Assembly (NCBI RefSeq): GCF_004010195.1
Contig: NC_057752.1
Coordinates: 8,867,292 to 8,887,291 of the forward strand
DNA from: Chiloscyllium plagiosum
Taxonomy: Eukaryota
Reading direction: 5' to 3'
DNA length: 20,000 nucleotides
Made by a program: the position numbers and the translations under genes. Positions 9,025-19,809 of this stretch are shown piece after piece. Below the pieces are notes generated by a model, which searched no databases, was not told the DNA's origin, and saw nothing but the letters and a program-made list of their open reading frames with translations. Numbering within the stretch: position 1 is the stretch's first letter; each line of letters opens with the position of its first letter.

Positions 9025-9328
9025 CCTTATGTGCTGGATTAAGAAAGTGGAAACTGTGGTGTAACCCTTAAAACTTCACTTTTGAGCAGAAAACATTGAC
9101 CAAAAATAGTTATCAGAAAAACAAGTAAAAGAAAATGGATATATGTGGGATATTGCAGTCAGAGAGGAGACAGAAGGATTCAAAATCACCTTGGCAAAAA
9201 CACGAGTGCAATTGTAGAGGAATGAAAACCATCAGAAATACAACAATATAAATAATTGTCTAATTGATAGTAATTCAAAAATCTTTGGTGTATTGGGACA
9301 TTTTTTTCAATTAATGTATTTTCTACAG

Positions 9329-9368
9329 TATAGACTTCCACTCTATTGATGCTGACTTTTCTGTGCAG
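9329..9368 (+). other. Candidate 40-nt cassette exon
   Basis: Acceptor atgtattttctacag| and donor CAG|GTAATT; only one open frame (IDFHSIDADFSVQ, phase 2 to 0). Confidence 0.35.
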
Positions 9369-9417
9369 GTAATTTCTGATTTATAAGTTGAGTTTACAAA
9401 GGAAAATTACCATTTAT

Positions 9418-9590
9418 ACATTCATGGGATGTGGACATCATTGGTTGGGCCAATGTTTATTGTTCATCCCAAATTTCCTGTGAACCAAATGCCTTTCTAG
9501 GCCATTTCAAAGTGCAGTTAAGAATCAATCATATTGCTGTGGGTTCAGAGTCATGTGCACCAGACCAGGTAAGGATGGCAGATTTCCTTC
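9418..9590 (-). mobile_element. SINE 3' fragment (family of 18052-18380 and 18960-19620)
   Basis: ccagaccaggtaaggatggcagatttccttc core and ttcatgggatgtgg tail. Confidence 0.8.
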
Positions 9591-10727
9591 GAGGTAGGAA
9601 ATTAGAGTGTTCATGTTCAATGTGACTGGATGTAACACTTAGCCTCATTAAAGCAAAAGAAAACTCACTGAACTATTATAGTCCAGTGCCTACAAATAAG
9701 CCAGTTATACTTCTCTTGTTCGGGTAAATCAACTGTCAACAATTAGAACTTGAAAGTGGATCTGCATTACATTAAAGTCAATCACACATTGAAAGCTAGT
9801 CTTCCACCTATCTGTGGCACTTCCTTACCCAAGTGTGGGTTCCTTTTTATTATCACTGAACTGAAAGACCAGAGATTGTAACCAGCCAGTGGACAGAAGT
9901 AATAATGTCCTGGAATTGGTGCCAAGGGGTGGAGACTGGTTTCCTCTGAAGATAGCATGAGGGTAAAACATTCAAGTTGCGATAAATCTGGAAGCTGAGC
10001 TGGAACAGAATTTCACACTGGATTCAGCCACTGCAAACAAAGGTGGATTGGAGACAATTCTAAGAACTTTTGGGTTTTTTAAAAAATGTTTTTGTAAAAA
10101 AGCAATTTAGCATGTGAATGACAACTCACGGCAGGATTGTGTAGCTGTAATGTTTGTGTGGTTATTTCGTGGGTTGTAATTGAGAGGCAGCTTGATTGTA
10201 GGATTCAGTCCATGATCTCATTCTTCAGCTAAGCTTTCACAACACCCACTGTGCTCCCACAGATGCTTTAAAAAAAAAGATACCGTATGTCTTCTCAAAA
10301 GACACATTCAAAGCCAGTTCTGAGTCATTTTAAAGCATTTTTTTTATATGGAAACTTTTTATAGTTGGTGAACATTTTGCTCAAGGTATTAGAGCTTGGA
10401 AATAGAAACACTTCCAGCACAGGTTAAATCATCCCACACTATCTGCAAATTATTTTGTTTTACGTAAGTCCATGTTGCAGCATGGTGGCTTTTTTTTGTT
10501 GCCCACACCAGCTATTCTGTGGGCTGAGATGAAATTTGTGCTAGGTTAATGCCTTTCATTTTGTGTTATTATTTTTGAACTCTCTAGCTGTGGCAGTGTC
10601 AGGAACTGAATGGGAGTCCATTTATATATTGGGGTGGTGAACTGACATATGTCAATGAAACTAACATCTTACTGAAACACCCTGGTTGTTAATGACTAAT
10701 GTTTGTTCATCATGTTTGTTCAAACAG

Positions 10728-10768
10728 GAGCAGAAGGGTGCATGGGGCCACGGCCTTGCCTTTCAAAA
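10728..10768 (+). CDS. Candidate 41-nt exon EQKGAWGHGLAFQ(K)
   Basis: Branch-like gactaat (~10694), acceptor tgtttgttcaaacag|, weak donor AA|GTAAAG; phase 0 to 2 links exons 6712-6741 and 14179-14331 in frame. Confidence 0.33.
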
Positions 10769-11064
10769 GTAAAGATATTGTTGCCTGGTCCTCTCTAGCT
10801 GCTGTGCAGTCCTTCCCAGATTCTATGCTGCACTACCTTCTTGTCCAGGAATACAGTAACAGATATCAAGGCATCCTCACTATGGAAGCCTCACTCTCAC
10901 TCCCAGTCTATATCCTACTCTGACTTGCTCACCCTTTGGTAGTGTATGTACAGATGATGGCTGTGATCTCCCTACATGTGTGCAGATGCTTCCTGCGGAT
11001 GGTTTTTGTAGTGGCCAGGTGATGTCACTGGCCATTCATGCATACTGGCCATACTATATAGAGA

Positions 11065-11240
11065 CACAGAACTAGAAGTATTTGGCCCTTCGAGCCAATT
11101 CCACCATTCAGTGTGACCATCGGTAATCCTCCATCTCAGTACCATATCCCTTGATACTTTTTGAAAATGTAAAAAAAGTTCTCCTTTTTAGATATATTCA
11201 GTGATTTGGCCTCAGCCTTCTGTGGTAGAATGCTGCCTAC
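11065..11240 (-). mobile_element. CR1 3'-end fragment (second CR1 tail type)
   Basis: ggcccttcgagcc...ccaccattca...gcctcagccttctgtggtagaat, similar to 14355-14480. Confidence 0.65.
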
Positions 11241-11247
11241 AATCAGA

Positions 11248-11248
<1 letters not shown>

Positions 11249-11290
<42 letters not shown>
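11249..11290. repeat. Poly-C tract (42 nt)
   Basis: Direct observation; further C runs at 11346-11355 and 11636-11651. Confidence 0.95.
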
Positions 11291-11833
11291 ACAGCTATCA
11301 GCATTTTGGAGAGATCATTCCATCCGCAACTCCCTTGTTAAGATTCCCCCCCCCCACCTATGTTTGCAGTCGGTTGTTTTGTGGTAATGGGCTGGTTGCC
11401 TTTTTGAGAGCTGTCACTCAGCAGCTGTGGAGGAGGTAGGTAGGTGTGCCTGATTCTGCAGTCTGGGGGGGGGAATGCTGGGCTGTGCAGTTGGACCCCT
11501 AGAGTTGCTCTTGTTTATTGTGACCAGGCTGCAGTGAGGAAGTAAGAGCTAGGGAACTGCTCGCTTTCTTGGGCTGTGAGCATTGTGGGAGGAGGGAATT
11601 GGCATGTCTGGCAGAATCCTGTGTGTGTTATAATTCCCCCCCCCCCCCCCCAAATCCAGCCCACATATCCCACTCCCGGCACCTTCCCCTGCCACCAAAG
11701 GAAGTGCAAAACCTGCGTCTACACCCTTCCACATCCAACAGAAATTTACCTGCACCACCACTAATGTCATCTACTGTATATGTTGCACCCAATGTGGTCT
11801 GATTTCCAGCATCAGCAGTCCTCACTTTTGCCT
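11291..11833 (+). mobile_element. Penelope-like element remnant (Cys-rich linker and GIY-YIG N-half), internally deleted and interrupted
   Basis: LSAFWRDHSIRNSLV (11296-11340), TPGTFPCHQRKCKTCVY, FHIQQKFTCTTTNVIYCICCTQCGL, then 3' end tttccagcatcagcagtc...ttttgcct matching the reverse complement of 3423-3457. Confidence 0.82.
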
Positions 11834-12539
11834 AGTAATTTTGATCTGATTTGCTCAGCCTTTCTTCATCAGGAATCCCCTTCATCTCAAGAATTAGCCT
11901 TGTTAACCTTCTCTGAATGCTTTAAGGGAGAAGTAATGGAACAAGGTTTCAGTGCAATCTTATTTCCTCAGCATCTGCCACTAATGTCTTGATAAACTTG
12001 CACTTCTAAATTGGATTGGAGGAAGCAAACTATTAAATTTGTTGGAACAATGCCATTCGCAAAATGAGTGCTGGTATCAGTATAGAGAGGACGGAGCCGG
12101 CCAATTCAATTCTACCTCCAACTTGAGTTCCTTTCTAGTTGGAAAAGGCATCCAGATGGATGGCTGAAGATTTTGTCGAGCATAAATCCTGCCATGAGCT
12201 AAGAGTCTGAATGTCCTGTTTCTGAGCTTTAAGTGCGAGTTTAATTTAATTTTAAACTTAGCCAGCCAATAGTTGATGGGATAGTCGGCAGGCTCACTAA
12301 TCTTTAATTAGACTTCAATTTGTTTTGTAAATGTCACCTTACACTGGTTCCCATTTAGACCGCAGCCAGTGTCAAACTATCTTCTCCAGTGGGGTGCTAA
12401 GCACTCTGAAGAATGTAGTGCACTGTATGTTAGTTCAGTAGCTTTCCTAAGCACTTTGTTTACATGAGGACAAGCTATTTTGAATTGAATTAACTGCGTC
12501 ATCAAACTGAATGGGATTGCCCTTCTTATCTAAGCATAA

Positions 12540-12900
12540 CCACAGGATCATCAGCAATAGCTTCTCTTCCTTTGTCCTGCAGTCTCCCAAATATTCATGT
12601 AGTCCGTCCTTTTTTCCTTGTTTTACAGGTTGCTCTTTAGCATTGTCATCTTAAGATATGAGCTAAGAATCCACGTGTGTATTAATGCCTCTCAGCTTGA
12701 CCTTTCAACCCCTCCATTGCTGACAATTAGTCCCACATTGTCTTGGATGCCTTGCAGTTTCCTCCACTTAAACATTAGGAAGACAGGGGCCATTGTCTTT
12801 TGCCCCGCCACCAATTCTGGATCATCACTACCAATTCCAAATCTTTTCTCTGTCACTGGTGAAACAGGCTGTTTCAGAATATCTGTATTCTGTTCTATCC
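12540..12900 (+). mobile_element. L2 LINE RT remnant
   Basis: ILRYELRIHVCINASQLDLS...WMPCSFLHLNIRKTGAIVF resembles decayed L2 I.RHG..FH.YADDTQLYLS...WM..NFL.LN..KTE.IVF. Confidence 0.65.
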
Positions 12901-14178
12901 GATTACCATCTCCATTTCAAAGACTGGTAACTTGGTCCATCTCAGTGGATGTGCTTCTGAAAGTGAACTCCTTTGATCATCCAATGGCAAGAATTATTAT
13001 TGATGGGTTCTTTATTGTTATACCAGGAATGGCCAGTTTAGGTTTGATGCAAGCCAACCAGTTAGTCTTGTTTGTTCAGAACAGGTGTGGCATTGGCTTT
13101 TGTGTAAAAGCCAAAGTAATTAAGTTATTAAGCAAACAAGGAACTTATGTATTAGTTTAAAACAATTATCTGTATGAACTGGGAAACTGGAATATCTGAT
13201 GCAATATTTTAAGTAGTTCCTGAAATGAGCAAGGCACATCAAGTTAGGTCAAACTGATTCAACCACAAATAATCCAAAATGCAGCTATTGTTGTCATCAA
13301 AACCTTTTGGAAAATTACTGGAGCAGTTGAAGAAATTTGGTATGAATCTATTGTAAGATGCTTTCTGTATGTAGGTCCTGTCATTACCCTTGCAGTAGTT
13401 TCAGTATTGCCCTAATACCCTTAATCTCTTGGGTGAAAGTTTGTTATGTGGAGAAATATGGGTCAGAATTTTTTTTTTTGCCACATGACTGTGTACAATA
13501 TGTTATGCCAGTATACACTGCACTATGCTACTTTTGGCAAGATTCCAGTGTTTTCATTTTGAATCTGAATACTTCTGCAGTAAATCCTCTCTCTCAATAT
13601 TTTCTCTATCCCATCATGTACAGGATATGGATGGAGTTGATGTCGCATTATAATTCAAGGTACTTTCCGGTACGTTTTTTCACACTCTGTGAAACTTAGC
13701 TTTCCTAGAGACTCATGTTTCCTCTAAAGTAAACCTCGATCTGATATATTGAATAGCTGAAAAAGCGTGCCATAAGCTGAACAAAGAACCTTTCTTAATG
13801 TTATCAGGAAATGGGACATGATGCCACTGTATGTCTGAATTTGACAATTAGCAGAAAGACAGTATGCTGATAGTTAGTTTAGATCAGGCTAAACTACTAA
13901 CAAATGAAGTGAAACATGGTCTATTTAAATAGGTTTTCAATGTTGTACTCCTTTGAATAAAGGAGTTGTCACATGTACGTCAATTTAATTTGGGATAAGT
14001 GATACATGGGCCTATGGCACCAATGACAGGCCCCACACAAATGTGGAAGTTCGAGTAAAACTCGCCATAATGCATAAAATATTGATACTCTGGATCAAAA
14101 TATGTTGGTGTTCAAAAATGCTGTCTGAAAGGCATGGAATAGAATTTATATTTTTAACATGTGTATGTATATGTTTAG

Positions 14179-14331
14179 GTGTTTGGGGCAGGCGTGCATG
14201 GTGTGGAAGAATACAAGTGACCCAAAGAAGCCCTTGGTGTTGCCTTCCTTGCCCCCGCTCCCCCATTCCATAAAAAACAATATAGCAGGACGCTGGACAA
14301 GAAAGTCTGAGGAATATGAAGCACCAGTCTG
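14179..14331 (+). CDS. Candidate 153-nt exon CLGQACMVWKNTSDPKKPLVLPSLPPLPHSIKNNIAGRWTRKSEEYEAPV(W/C)
   Basis: Branch-like tttttaac, acceptor atatgtttag|, donor CTG|GTATTT; GC-richer than flanks; stop-free phase 2-2 frame. Confidence 0.4.
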
Positions 14332-14354
14332 GTATTTCATTGTATTCTCTTAAA

Positions 14355-14480
14355 TAAGACATAGGAGTAGAAATTAGGCCATTCAGCCCATTGAGTCTGC
14401 TATGCCATTCAATCATGGCTGATAAGTTTCTCAACCCAATTCTCCTGTTTTCTCCCCATAACCCTTGATCCCCTTGATAT
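14355..14480 (-). mobile_element. CR1 3'-tail fragment
   Basis: taagacataggagtagaaattaggccattcagcccattgagtctgct...attcaatcatggctgat is a typical CR1 tail in reverse orientation. Confidence 0.8.
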
Positions 14481-14826
14481 GTTTTGGGGAAAGAGTTTGG
14501 AATGAACTGCTCCAAGTTTAACAGCCAACCTCTTTTTGTTTTTCCCACAAGAGTTAACATAATCAGCCTCCTCTGCATTTCTTGTCCTCAACAGTATGGG
14601 CAAGACAGTCATTTTGGTGTGTAAAAGAATTGGCATGAGTTCATGATTTACCCCTGGGATACAGCAGGTTGTTGCATCCTGTTAGGGTGAAAGAAAAGGC
14701 TGGTAGGTGTAGGGAATGCTGGATGACTAAAGAAATTGAGGGTTCAGTTAAGAAAAATAAGGAAGCCTATGTAAGGTGTAGACAAGATAGATCGAGTGAA
14801 TCCTTAGAAGCGTATAATGGAAGTAG

Positions 14827-15116
14827 ATTAGATTACTTCGGCCCAACAAGCCCACACCGACCCGCCGAAGCGCAACACACCCAGACCCATTCCCCTACAT
14901 TTACCCCTTCACCTAACACTACAGGCAATTTAGCGTGGCCAATTCACCTAACATGCACATTTTTGGACTGTGGGAGGAAACCGGAGCACCCGGAGGAAAC
15001 CCGTGCAGACACGGGGAGAATGTGCAAACTCCACACAGACAGTCACCTGAGGCGGGAATTGAACCCAGGTCTCTGGCGCTGTCAGGCAGCAGTGCTGACC
15101 ACTGTGCCACCGTGCC
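14827..15116 (-). mobile_element. HE1-type tRNA-derived V-SINE
   Basis: Minus strand A box TGGCACAGTGG, B box GGTTCAATTCC, V-domain ctgtgtggagtttgcacattctccccgtg...ggtttcctcccaca, aatct repeat tail. Confidence 0.93.
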
Positions 15117-15826
15117 GTATACTTATGAGGGAAATCAGGAGGGCAAAAAGGGGACATGAGATAGCTTTGGCAAATAGAATTAAGCAGAATCCAAAGAGCT
15201 TTTACAACTACATTAAGGACAAAAGGGTAACTAGGGAGAGAATAGAGCCCCTCAAAGATCAGCAAGGCGGCCTTTGTGTGGAGCCGCAGAAAATGGGGGA
15301 GATATTAAACAAGTATTTTGCATCAGTATTTACTGTGGAAAAGGAGATGGAAGATATAGACTATAGGGAAATAGATGGTGACGTCTTGCAAAATGTCCAT
15401 ATTACAGAGGAGGAAGTGCTGGATGTCTTGAAACAGGTAAAGGTGGATAAATCCCCAGGACCTGATCAGGTGTACCCTAGAACTCTGTGGGAAGCTAGAG
15501 AAGTGATTGCTGAGCCTCTTGCTGAGAGATTTGTATCATCGATAGTCATAGGTGAGGTGCCGGAAGACTGGAGGTTGGCTAACGTAGTGCTATTGTTTAA
15601 GAAGGGTGGTAAAGACAAGCCAGGCAACTTTGGACCAGTGAGCCTGATGTCGGTGGTGGGCAAGTTGTTGGAAGGAATCCTGAGGGACAGGATGTACATG
15701 TATTTGGAAAGGCAAGGACTGATCAGGGATAGTCAACATGGCTTTGTGAGTGGGAAATCATGTCTCACAAACTTGACTGAGTTTTTTGAAGAAGTAACAA
15801 AGAAGATTGATGAGGGCAGATGCGAT

Positions 15827-16745
15827 NNNNNNNNNNNNNNNNNNNNNNNNNNNNNNNNNNNNNNNNNNNNNNNNNNNNNNNNNNNNNNNNNNNNNNNNNN
15901 NNNNNNNNNNNNNNNNNNNNNNNNNNNNNNNNNNNNNNNNNNNNNNNNNNNNNNNNNNNNNNNNNNNNNNNNNNNNNNNNNNNNNNNNNNNNNNNNNNNN
16001 NNNNNNNNNNNNNNNNNNNNNNNNNNNNNNNNNNNNNNNNNNNNNNNNNNNNNNNNNNNNNNNNNNNNNNNNNNNNNNNNNNNNNNNNNNNNNNNNNNNN
16101 NNNNNNNNNNNNNNNNNNNNNNNNNNNNNNNNNNNNNNNNNNNNNNNNNNNNNNNNNNNNNNNNNNNNNNNNNNNNNNNNNNNNNNNNNNNNNNNNNNNN
16201 NNNNNNNNNNNNNNNNNNNNNNNNNNNNNNNNNNNNNNNNNNNNNNNNNNNNNNNNNNNNNNNNNNNNNNNNNNNNNNNNNNNNNNNNNNNNNNNNNNNN
16301 NNNNNNNNNNNNNNNNNNNNNNNNNNNNNNNNNNNNNNNNNNNNNNNNNNNNNNNNNNNNNNNNNNNNNNNNNNNNNNNNNNNNNNNNNNNNNNNNNNNN
16401 NNNNNNNNNNNNNNNNNNNNNNNNNNNNNNNNNNNNNNNNNNNNNNNNNNNNNNNNNNNNNNNNNNNNNNNNNNNNNNNNNNNNNNNNNNNNNNNNNNNN
16501 NNNNNNNNNNNNNNNNNNNNNNNNNNNNNNNNNNNNNNNNNNNNNNNNNNNNNNNNNNNNNNNNNNNNNNNNNNNNNNNNNNNNNNNNNNNNNNNNNNNN
16601 NNNNNNNNNNNNNNNNNNNNNNNNNNNNNNNNNNNNNNNNNNNNNNNNNNNNNNNNNNNNNNNNNNNNNNNNNNNNNNNNNNNNNNNNNNNNNNNNNNNN
16701 NNNNNNNNNNNNNNNNNNNNNNNNNNNNNNNNNNNNNNNNNNNNN
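15827..16745. other. Assembly gap (919 N)
   Basis: Run of N flanked on both sides by collinear CR1 ORF2 sequence. Confidence 1.
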
Positions 16746-17298
16746 TGGATGGGTATATGATTAGGAAGGGTTTGGGGGGATATGGGCCGGGTGCTGGCAG
16801 GTGGGACTAGATTGGGTTGGGATATCTGGTTGGCATGGACTGGTTGGACCGAAGGGTCTGTTTCCATGCTGCACATCTGAGTCTATGACTCTCTATAATT
16901 TCAGATGAATGCTTTGTGCTTTGGCTGCTGATTTCAATGCCTTGGATGAGTGAGTGCATAGTACTGAGGAATTGTTTTGGGGGGAAAAAAAAAATCATGT
17001 TCAGGTGTACATTGAACCTTAATGAACAGCGAAAATAATTTTGCAACTGAGAGAAGCATAATGAACTTGTGCAAGAGGCACCAAGTTAATAGTTGTTTTA
17101 CAATGTAATAAATTAATCTCTCCTCTTCTTTCCACTTCTGCCTGCTCCAACATTGTCAGCACACACCTTCCAATGCCTTCTCCTCTTCAACTTATATGGT
17201 CACCTCCAGTGTGCCCCAAGACTCCATTCTTTCCCATCTCCTATTCCTTATTGATTTGTTATGTTGCCATATTTACACCGTCAGATTTAACTCATTAC

Positions 17299-18479
17299 TG
17301 TTCTGACTTAACTGGGAAGAGTGTGTTGATACTTATGCTTCACCATTTCACATGCCATCATAAAATGTATAAAATCCCAACAAAACCATCCAAAATAATC
17401 AATTTGCCTGACAGACGACTACTCAGGAGAAAAGCAAGCGACACCAGGTATTATCAGTAACAATAAATTGTAACACCTAACTTAAATAAACAAAATCTAC
17501 TACAATACAACTTGAGCTGTACCCCTTCAAATCCCCTACCCTACACAGACACACACAATCAAGATTAAGATGGACAAAAGAGAAATGGTTTGACACGTGC
17601 TATGGGTTGAAAAAGAACATAAACAAAGTAAGCAAAATTGTGAAAAGCAGAAGTCCAGACCTTACATGGGACGTTAGTTTCTCACAGTCCTTTTTAATTT
17701 AATGACCTGCTGCTATCTGTACAATGACAACAGTCATTGATCAGGTGGATTTCCTTTTGTTAGAATTCATTTGTTTAAGCATTCTTAATTTATCTGTCTT
17801 TTCTTCCCCCCCACAAAAGGAGAGGTGGATACTTTCTATCTGCAGGCTCGAGATGATTCTTCTCCCTCTGCTGATCTTGGCACTTGCAGTTTTTTTGTAA
17901 CCTGCAGCTCAACCAATCAGACTGTTGACAGGCCAAATTTTTTTGACTTGATTCTCCGATGTTGCTCAGTCTTGAGTTCTCCTTCTTACTGCTTCAAAAG
18001 CAACACTATCTCACAGCTCAATAATATATGTAACACTTGATTATTTAGAAGTTTTTTTTTTAAATTCATTCCCGGGCTATGGGCATTGCTAGCGAGTCCA
18101 GCACTTATTTCCCATCCCTAGGTTAACCCCAATGCTGAGAGCCTAGAGTCACATGTAGGCCAGACCAGGTAAGGATGGCAGTTTCCTTCCTTAAAGAGCA
18201 TTAGTGAGCCAGCTGGATTTTTCCTGACAATCAACAATGGATTCATGGTCATTGTTAGACTCTTAATTCCAGATTTTTATTGACTTCAAATTCCACCATC
18301 TGTGTGGCAGGATTCAAGCCTGGGACCTCCGAACTTGGGTGTCTGGATTAACAGTCTAGTGATAAGACCTTTGCCTCCCTAAAGTTGTAAAACTCTCCTG
18401 GCATTTCAGTTATAACAGTCCAAATTCCAATTGAGTTTACAGTCCCTAAAAAAGAAAATAAATAATTTCTTATATTACA
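17299..18479. mobile_element. Possible LTR-like/unclassified shark repeat, interrupted by a SINE
   Basis: TG...CA ends, strong strand compositional skew and resemblance to a recalled shark repeat; no TSD found. Confidence 0.25.
18052..18380 (-). mobile_element. tRNA-derived SINE, near full length
   Basis: gagtcacatgtaggccagaccaggtaaggatggcag core, B-box-like ggcttgaatcc on minus, A-rich tail; tail resembles the LINE end at 5590-5665. Confidence 0.8.
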
Positions 18480-18504
18480 GCAGGTCTTTGTTCCATGTCC
18501 TTTG

Positions 18505-18680
18505 CGACACTGTCAGACAGTGGATGATCTAAGTTTGCTTATAATTCGTGTTGGCAAAACCGAAGCAATCCTATTCAGCTCCACCAGATACTATTTTCCC
18601 CCCTCCCCTGCCCTTCAGTTTGAAACTTGGAAAACTGTCTCAAACATCACCAGTACTGCCTTTTTTTAAAATCTCTATCC
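18505..18680 (+). mobile_element. L2 remnant
   Basis: cagtggatg...gttggcaaaaccgaagcaatcctattc reads QWM...VGKTEAILF. Confidence 0.45.
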
Positions 18681-18959
18681 TGTTATTGCTTGGTACAGTA
18701 CACTATAACTGATGTTTGTGAATGACTTTGGTTTGGATGTCGAATCATTCATGCTTGTTATCATTTTGTTATTCTATGAATTGTAACTTGTTATATAGGC
18801 AAATTTAGCAGCCATTTTGGTCCTTAACGCGTCCTAGAAGGAGTACTGAGATGTTGGCTGGTTAACCTGTACAGTATTTGGTATTGGCCATTCACAAAGG
18901 AATATTTGCCAAAACAAAATCTTTGCATCTCTTCAAATCATACTGGAGTTAGTGTGGGA

Positions 18960-19620
18960 CATCGTAGCATGGAGGTAATGTCACTGGATTAATCATTTGG
19001 AGGCTCAGGCTAATGCTGTGGGAGCATTAGTTCAAGTCTCATCACAGCAACCAGTCAAATTTAAATTCATGAAACTTTAATGAATTGTGATTAAAAACCC
19101 ATCTGTTTCCCTAAATGTCCTCCTTAAGGAAGGAAATCTGCCATCCTTACCTAGTCTGGCCAGTACATGATTCCAGATAAACAGCACTTTTAACTGCCCT
19201 CTGCAATGGCCAAGCAAGCTGATTTAGATTAGATTCCCTACAGTGCGGAAACAGGCCCTTCGGCCCAACCAGTCCACACCGACCCTCCGAAGAGTAACCC
19301 ACCCAGACCCATTTCCCTCTGACTAATGCACCTAACACTATGGGCAATTTAGCATGGCCAATTCACCTGACCTGCACATATTTTGACTGTGGGGGGAAAC
19401 CGGAGCACCCGGAGAAAACCTATGCAGACACTGGGAGAATGTGCAAACTCCACACAGACAGTCACCCGAGGCTGGAATTGAACCTAGGATCATGATGCTG
19501 TGAGGCAGCAGTGCTCACTACTGAGCCACCGTGCCACCCAAATTTAAATCAAAGATAACTGGGGACAGGCAACAAACACTGGCTTTTCTGGCAATGCCCA
19601 CATCCCATGATAAAGTAAAT
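18960..19620 (+). mobile_element. tRNA-derived SINE (family of 18052-18380) split by an HE1 insertion
   Basis: gaaggaaatctgccatccttacctagtctggcc core up to ~19220; tail ggcaatgcccacatcccatga resumes after 19540. Confidence 0.8.
19221..19539 (-). mobile_element. HE1-type V-SINE, full length
   Basis: A box TGGCTCAGTAG, B box GGTTCAATTCC, V-domain, HER1-like tail gttgggccgaagggcctgtttcc and aatctaatcta repeats. Confidence 0.95.
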
Positions 19621-19809
19621 GAATTTTTATTGTTCACCTGACTCATAAGAGTAGGCAAGTGAGGAAAGATGCCTCTGTAGCACAGCTGCAGTACTGCACT
19701 GAAAATGTGCAAGTGGTTCTTGAATTCGAGTTCTCTTGCGAAAGAGTGAGGCCCTGTCAGATCACTTTGCAGGAGTAATTTCTTTTCAATGGGGTGTTCA
19801 AATCCTTGA

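Larger units (their letters stand above)
14676..16895 (+). mobile_element. CR1/HER1 LINE ORF2 (5'-truncated, relatively young), with SINE insertion and assembly gap
   Basis: NPKSFYNYIK, KSPGPDQVYPRTL, VPEDWRLANVVLLFKKG, PVSLMSVVGKLLE, SQHGFVSGKSCLTNL; after the gap DGYMIRKGLGGYGPGAGRWD* and the ctatgactct tail. Confidence 0.96.

Noticed and set aside
11206..11439. Poly-proline ORF
   Set aside because: Artefact of the poly-C tract.
11845..11880. attcCTGATGAag on the minus strand beside a PLE end
   Set aside because: Starts like the PLE hammerhead but lacks stem II and GAAA; at most an unrecognisable relic.
12618..13160. 180-aa ORF with a strong-looking acceptor at ~12628
   Set aside because: The first half is a decayed L2 RT; no matching donor or coherent host protein.
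14012..14578. 188-aa minus-strand ORF
   Set aside because: Partly a CR1 tail and antisense to a better plus-strand exon candidate; no domain recognised.
15040..15116. tRNA-like A/B boxes (also at ~19470-19539)
   Set aside because: These are SINE heads, not tRNA genes.
14669..16876. Long ORFs of 713, 372, 317 and 314 aa
   Set aside because: Lengths are inflated by the N gap; the real content is CR1 ORF2 plus a SINE, not a host gene.
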